Shown: piece by piece, positions 21,805 through 27,366 of the stretch | Layout: every line of letters starts with the position of its first letter | Numbering within the stretch: position 1 is the first letter of the stretch | Origin: Halocafeteria seosinensis | Taxonomy: Eukaryota | Assembly (NCBI GenBank): GCA_001687465.1 | Contig: LVLI01000316.1 | Location: forward strand, 62,001 to 89,366 | Direction of reading: 5' to 3' | DNA length: 27,366 nt | Notes under the pieces: model-generated | Database searches by the model: none | What the model saw: only the letters and a program-made list of their open reading frames with translations | What the model was told of the DNA's origin: nothing | Made by a program: the position numbers and the translations under genes

Positions 21805-23341
21805 TGGGATCTATAGACGTCTACTTGTGTTGCTCATTCATTACCTCCTGTTGGAAAAGTTCGGACCGTTCATGGTTAATCCCCAAGCAACAAAAGACAT
21901 TCCGAGAAACAAGGGGTACAAGCGCGATGCGCACGCATTGCCCCCTATTTGTAGTCGAAAATCGAGCCCATCGCAGGTCCAAATCTGTGCATCGCGCTCA
22001 TCGCACCCCAATTTGGCACTCTTCTTTCCAGGTCTATAATAGCATGTTGAGAGCTCTCCGAAGTATCCCAAGTGTTTCTCCGGCTTGCAGACACGCCTAA
22101 GTCACTGTCGAGACTGATATGGAGCCTCTAAAAAGTGTTATATTGGGCGTCTTCCTCCGTAAGACAGGCTCATCCTTAGCCTCCCAAGAAGCAAATTCAA
22201 GGGATGCAGAAGTCTTCCATCAAACTGCTGACCAACGGCGAGAAGGATGTACAGTGTTGGGCTTTCGCTTTCGCCTCCACTCCCCTTCCTTAGCTAGCGC
22301 ATAAGGCTTCGCAGGTCCCTCGTCGAGATCTACCTCAGCGGCTCAGCCGCCCTCTTCTCTGTTTCATTTGAGTCGCTCTCACAGCTGCCTTAATCAGCTC
22401 CTCAAGTATATCATATGCTATATTCTATTCTTCAGCTCTAACGAAACACTGGACACACCTGTTACATACGCTGCAGCCATGTGTCACGCTGAAGTACTCG
22501 TTCTTCCTGCGTTGTAAACTTGGCTACCGTTATTGCAAAACAGACTGCACCGGAATTTCGTCTGTCTTTTCAGTGACCTCAAACAGGGTAGGCTCATGTC
22601 TCGAGTGCCATTTCCTAGTCCGCAGGACAATACTAGTTTAATGAGATCCGACGGCACTGTCGTGGAGCTAACGGTGGACTTATACACACAGTGACTGGTG
22701 AAATGACATGAATCGACAATGCATGGGACAGGATCCTTGCAACTTTGCTACCATTGTTTGAGATGATAAGATTTGGACAATACATGTATGTACAGTAGAG
22801 TAGCTAAACGCTCGTATTTCCCGATGCTGTGACACTGTTCCCCACCGCAGTAGTCTTCTTTCATGCGTGTCCATCCATCTACAGAGTACATATATGTATT
22901 GCTTCAGCGTATCCATAATACATGTACATGTACATGTACTGTATGGATTTTATACATGTCTGCCCGTCTTGCAGACTGCTGTACAACCTATACACTACTA
23001 CGCGACACTTGATTAAACACAGCAACTTGAGAAAGAATTAAATATACGTTCTTCGGCGGGAGCAAAAGACTTCTTGCAAGCACAGAAGTTGCACGAAACC
23101 TTGGCGACAGGTGGTATTTCGGGCCGCGGCCCGCGTGGCAACCACTGGTTCCAGCGGAACAGGCTGAACAGCTCAAATCCACACAATTAACCGGGCTCGT
23201 TCAGTTCGTTTTAGTTTGGATTCTTTTTGATTTTTGTTTGAAATGTCCTAACATTTACAGTTGGTATCGAAAACGCAGTTGGTTGATTATGGATGGCTTG
23301 GAGGTTTTCTTGGGACGAAAGGGGATGAAGCAAATTCCGCG
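19886..23341. repeat. Left arm of a large inverted repeat; pairs with 24751-27366 and probably extends further left
   Basis: The reverse complement of the window end (GGCCAGGTGGATGTGGCGG...) matches from 19886. Similarity continues, apart from the insert at about 21799-22617, to ...GATGAAGCAAATT(C/T)CGCG at 23341. Confidence 0.95.
21799..22617. other. About 820 bp of unrelated sequence in copy 1, replacing about 50 bp present in copy 2
   Basis: Alignment to the right arm breaks after GTAGGTCATCTCCCA (21798) and resumes at AGTCCGCAGGACAATACTAGT (22618). No clear TIR, TSD or transposase seen. Confidence 0.8.
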
Positions 23342-24707
23342 CAGCTCCCTGCTTTGGCTCTATGGCTACCTTTCTGCTCTCTCAACAGTATACCTTCCAA
23401 TGGGGGTACGTTCAGAAACGTCTAATAGCACCGAGTTACGTGAGAAGATCATCGGGAAGTCGTACGAGCAGTATTTTGGGCATATGTGCCAGCAGGATCG
23501 GTATGTTTTTTCGCTCAAGACGAACATACCATGGAAATATGTATTTTCAGAAGATCCTCATCGACATTTGACCTTGAATGAAGGCGAGATCTTCGATGGA
23601 CAAGGTTATACAATCGATTTGACGAATATTACCGAGTGGCAAGGCTTGATAAAGGTGAACGATTCTGTGAGTGTCTTCGAGGACGCCCCCCTTGTCAGGA
23701 ATATTCACATGAAGAATGGGCAAACAAGTGTTGGGGGTGGATTCGTCATCCAGTCCCGGCAGAAATATGTCACAGTCGAGTCTTGTAGCTCAACTGGAGA
23801 TATCTATGGCTTTGTTGGAGACTACCCTGATGTTCCCTGGCACGGAGGAGGAGGTATATGTGGCGAGGAATGTGGAGCCGACGGTGGCCAAATCGTGGTA
23901 CAAGATTGTCATTCTTCAGGCCCAATGCTTGGAGCCGATGGTGGAGGCATATGCGGTCGTATGACAGCAGCGGGAGGTACCGCCAATATAACTGGCTGCT
24001 CCTCATCGGGAAATATATTCTCGATTTCGACTGGTGGCATTGTCGGTAGCATGACACCGGCTGATGGAGGCGCTGTTTATATCCGGAACTGCTATTCCAC
24101 CGGTGATATTACTGGGAGTTTAGCAGGTGGCATAGCAGGTTTTGGAGCTGGAAGCGCTAGCTCGATGTTCATTCAAAGCTCCTATTCTACAGGTGCCATC
24201 GCAGGTGAAGAAGGCGGAGGTATCTGCGGAAGCAGAGGTGCCGAAAACGACGGAAAACTGGAGATAAGAGATTGCTACTCTTTAGGCCAAGTCAATTCAA
24301 CAAACGGTGGAGGCATCTGTGGTGGGTCTGCAGCGATGTATGGAGGTGTGATTCTGATCAACAGTGTGTTTGCGAATGGAACCGTATCCACTTCAGCAGG
24401 AGGCATTGTAGGTTCAGTAGCCAATGATTCAGCCAGCATCCCTGACGATGAATCAATGGATTCAATAGACGTTCAACTGTCAGTACACCGTGGAGAAACG
24501 ATTGCAGCTTCCGGTTCCTCCTTGTTGGATGAGAGTCATAATTCAGCAGACGTCTCAGATATTATCGGAAGCTTATATTGCGTGAATGGGCATTGCTGGG
24601 ATGAAGACGTTTGGAAAGAGCAACCTCAGTTTTCCCTCGTTTTCAGGAAAGTGCTGCTTCCGCAGATACCTCCGCCTTCTTCGCCTGCGATGGCACCTGT
24701 AGAATAG
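23325..24707 (+). CDS. GLUG-like repeat secreted protein, diverged third paralog (about 460 aa) lacking the long stalk and Kelch-like region
   Basis: Colinear with the N-terminal half of copy 1 (GEIFDGQGYTI, WQGLIKV, DAPL, GGICGR, IVGSMTP, CYSLG, CW). The ATG at 23325 places a hydrophobic leader where copy 1 has its signal peptide. Confidence 0.85.
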   Translation: MKQIPRSSLLWLYGYLSALSTVYLPMGVRSETSNSTELREKIIGKSYEQYFGHMCQQDRYVFSLKTNIPWKYVFSEDPHRHLTLNEGEIFDGQGYTIDLTNITEWQGLIKVNDSVSVFEDAPLVRNIHMKNGQTSVGGGFVIQSRQKYVTVESCSSTGDIYGFVGDYPDVPWHGGGGICGEECGADGGQIVVQDCHSSGPMLGADGGGICGRMTAAGGTANITGCSSSGNIFSISTGGIVGSMTPADGGAVYIRNCYSTGDITGSLAGGIAGFGAGSASSMFIQSSYSTGAIAGEEGGGICGSRGAENDGKLEIRDCYSLGQVNSTNGGGICGGSAAMYGGVILINSVFANGTVSTSAGGIVGSVANDSASIPDDESMDSIDVQLSVHRGETIAASGSSLLDESHNSADVSDIIGSLYCVNGHCWDEDVWKEQPQFSLVFRKVLLPQIPPPSSPAMAPVE

Positions 24708-24750
24708 GAGCTTTGCATGAACATCGAGCTGTCGCTTTTAGCTCCAAAAC

Positions 24751-27366
24751 CGCGAAATTTGCTTCATCCCAAGAAAACCCCCAAGCCACCCATCATCAAC
24801 CAACTGCGTTCTTGAATCAATACCAACAGTAAACGTTCGGACATCTCAAACAAAAATCAAGAAGAATCCAAACTAAAACGAACTGAACGAGCCCGGTCAA
24901 TTGTGTGGATTGGAGCTGTTCCGCTGGAACCAGTGGTTACGGCCACGCGGCCCGAAATACCACCTGTTGCCGACGTTTCGTTCAGCTTCTGTGCTTGCAA
25001 GAAGTCTTTTGCTCCCGTCGAAGAATGTATATTTAATTCTTTCTCAAGTTGCTGTGTTTAATCAAGTGTCGCGTAGTACAGGTTGTACAGCAGTCTGCAA
25101 GGCGGGCAGACATGTATAAAATCCATACATGTATTATGAATACGCTGAAGCAATACATATATGTACTCTGTAGATGGATGGACACGCATGAAAGAAGACT
25201 ACTGCGGTAGGCCGACCATAGGGAACAGTGTCACAGCATGGGGAAATACGAGCGTTTAGATGCTCTATTGCCCTTAAACAATGGTAGCAAAGTTGCAAGG
25301 ATCCTGTCCCATGCATTGTCGATTCATGTCATTTCACCAGTCACTGTGTGTATTAGTACACTGTTAGGGATAGCTCCACGACAGTGCCGTCGGATCTCAT
25401 TAAAGTAAAATGACTAGTATTGTCCTGCGGACTTTTTGACCCGACTAATAAACTGTCCCTATTTGAGAAAGCGTTTTTGACGAGTTTTGGGAGATGACCT
25501 ACTTGGAGGTTCGTCCACTCTTCCGAGTAGGTGTCAAAACTCCAAAACGTGAGGTTCTGTGAGTATTTAAAGACATAGACGCAATATTCAAGGGGGACAG
25601 AAGAGATAACCAATGCAGAAGCCACTCCATGTATTCGGTGAGGTAGGAATGGGGTGAGAATTGGCTTCCAAGCCTTGGAGCTGCACCTGAAGCGCCATAG
25701 GTCCTGGAGATACTCTGGTCCTTTTGTTTCATCCGATAAGCCAATACCTCCGAATACATATACGTCCTTTGCTCCTGCAGTTGCCCCACTGGTGAAGTCT
25801 TTGTAGAAGGTCCAAACGTCCGCATTATATCTGCCACTAGGAAAATCCTCGCCATCTTGTTGTTCCCAAGAGACAGTTGTCCCTTTAAAATCGCTATTGA
25901 AGTGCCACATATTGTCCAGTATCTCCCCAGTACTGGATACACCGCCAAACATGTAATTCACGGAAACAGTTTCGCAATCGCAAGTCCATGTAACGGCTGA
26001 GATTCTTGTTGTCGTTGGACGGGAGCCTCTCACCCTTTGTTTTATCTTTTGCCACTCAAACGCGAAGCCCGACCAAAGCCACATATCATTCAGATAGAAT
26101 CGATCGCCCCTATTGGAAAATTTCCAGCCACCATACAAAAAGACAGACGCTTCACATTTTTTGGAGATTGGGTTCGCCCACATCATGCTATTTCTTCTCT
26201 CCCCAGGAAACGGGGTCGTCCAAGAAAGAGCAGAATGATACTGCCCCAACAGCTCGAATTGTGCATTTGTAGAAGGAGGGCCTCCAACTGGCCATCGTAT
26301 CCTAAAGAAGAAAGTATCAACCGGATGTGAATGCATCTCGTCACTCTGAATAAACGTTGCTGTCAGTTCATCACCGAGAAAACTGTAAACATAAAGGGAC
26401 TGTTCCTTGGCGTGTCGTAATAGCACTTTTCCTTGCATCTTCCCCGAATATCTTCGAATGACTGCAGCATAGAAAGACTCAAATGACACATTGACCGGAG
26501 TCGACCTGAATTCGGAGCGTCGGAGCATCACAGGGACGGGCGAGGAAGTTCGAGAAGCTGACATTGTCGGAGTTAAAGTCACAGTCCTGGAGTAAGAGGG
26601 TGTGCGAGAAGGTGTTGCAGTTTCAGACCATGTTGCGGATACACTAGGTGAAACAGTTGCTGTGCATGTTTCGGATGCGCTGGGTGAAGCAGTAGTAGCC
26701 GTTGCGGAATGTGTTCTAGAGACACTCGATGATATGGTCGCTGTCTGCGTTTTTGAATGTCTACCAGTAACACTAATACTAGAGGAAGCAGAGAAACTAG
26801 GGGTTGGTGATGATGATGGGATTGGAGTTGGTGTGCTAGTTGCGAGTTGGAATCGAAGAACCGGGACGTCGCCTGACTGTTCCTTCCAAGTGTCGTTGTT
26901 CCAGCATCCCTCACTCACGCAATGGAGCTTTCCGAAGACATCGTTAATGTTTGCTGAATTGCCATATTCAGTCACTGAAGAGGTACTCCCACCCGCCAGC
27001 TGTTGTCCGCGATATACGGAAAGTTCAACACGCACAGAGTTGGTTTTCCCGGCTACAGAGCCTATAACGCCACCTGCTCCTGCTACTGTTGTAGGTTTGA
27101 GAATGTGCGCTCAATTATGACGGTCCCACCACTTACGGCTGTGTAATGACCGCAAATTCCTCCACCCGTATCCACGTCAATTCGCCCCAATGAATAGCAA
27201 TCCTTTATCTCAGCCTTACCAGAATTTTGCCCCGCATGTCTTCCACAGATACCTCCGCTTTCCTTTCCGGAAATTTTCCCTGTAGAAAACGACCTCTGGA
27301 TCAGCATCAAGCTGTTTTTACCAGTCCCCGCTCCGTGACCGGTTAATCCGCCACATCCACCTGGCC
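24751..27366. repeat. Right arm of the large inverted repeat, running off the window
   Basis: Reverse complement of 19886-23341, highly similar in the coding part with more indels in the non-coding part. Confidence 0.95.
25353..27366 (-). pseudogene. Copy 2 of the GLUG-stalk-Kelch gene, 5'-partial, with a 1-nt frameshift near 27094 but an uninterrupted C-terminus
   Basis: Copy 1 reads TCA AAC GGT ACA ACA GTA; copy 2 reads TCA AAC CT ACA ACA GTA, splitting the gene into ORFs 27083..27310 and 25353..27035. A sequencing error cannot be excluded. Confidence 0.8.

Noticed and set aside
21799..22617. Insert as a bona fide transposon
   Set aside because: No TIR, TSD, poly-A tail or transposase/RT motif found, and host sequence is lost at the site; kept only as an unexplained insertion.
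23238..23324. Longer N-terminus for the spacer gene (TTG at 23238 or ATG at 23289)
   Set aside because: This would bury the signal-like leader, and the matching right-arm sequence has indels here; the ATG at 23325 fits the paralog best.
24708..25061. In-frame continuation of the spacer gene past its TAG, 118 codons with one internal TGA, ending SSCCV
   Set aside because: Not homologous to the stalk or Kelch region of the paralogs, and the frame is not kept in the left arm. Genes here end with TAA, TAG and TGA, so there is no sign of stop-codon reassignment.

Overview
Compact, gene-dense eukaryotic DNA, probably from a protist. It has short spliceosomal introns (59-75 nt in my models, mostly GTAAG...YAG); an AP2-like domain plus a bZIP gene would fit a stramenopile-like lineage, but that is only inference. 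Left to right: 3' end of a membrane-anchored pepsin-family protease, a possible small spliced minus-strand gene, a CC2D1/Lgd-like DM14+C2 gene with two GC-AG introns, a microsatellite, a soluble cytochrome b5, a bZIP factor, a decayed LRR gene carrying a 62-bp TIR/TSD-bounded insertion, and two convergent paralogous 2-TM proteins with a LURP-one/tubby-like domain. Next is the most striking gene: ORC2 fused behind a PZP (PHD-Zn knuckle-PHD) module that has an AP2-like DNA-binding domain inserted in it, followed by a third PHD finger. The right end is a cluster of three intronless GLUG-like repeat genes. Two are near-identical copies forming the arms of a large inverted repeat (at least 2.6 kb, running off the window), each damaged at a different site; the third fills the 1.4-kb spacer and takes its start codon from the arm. 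All splice models and alignments were done by eye; no database searches were run.
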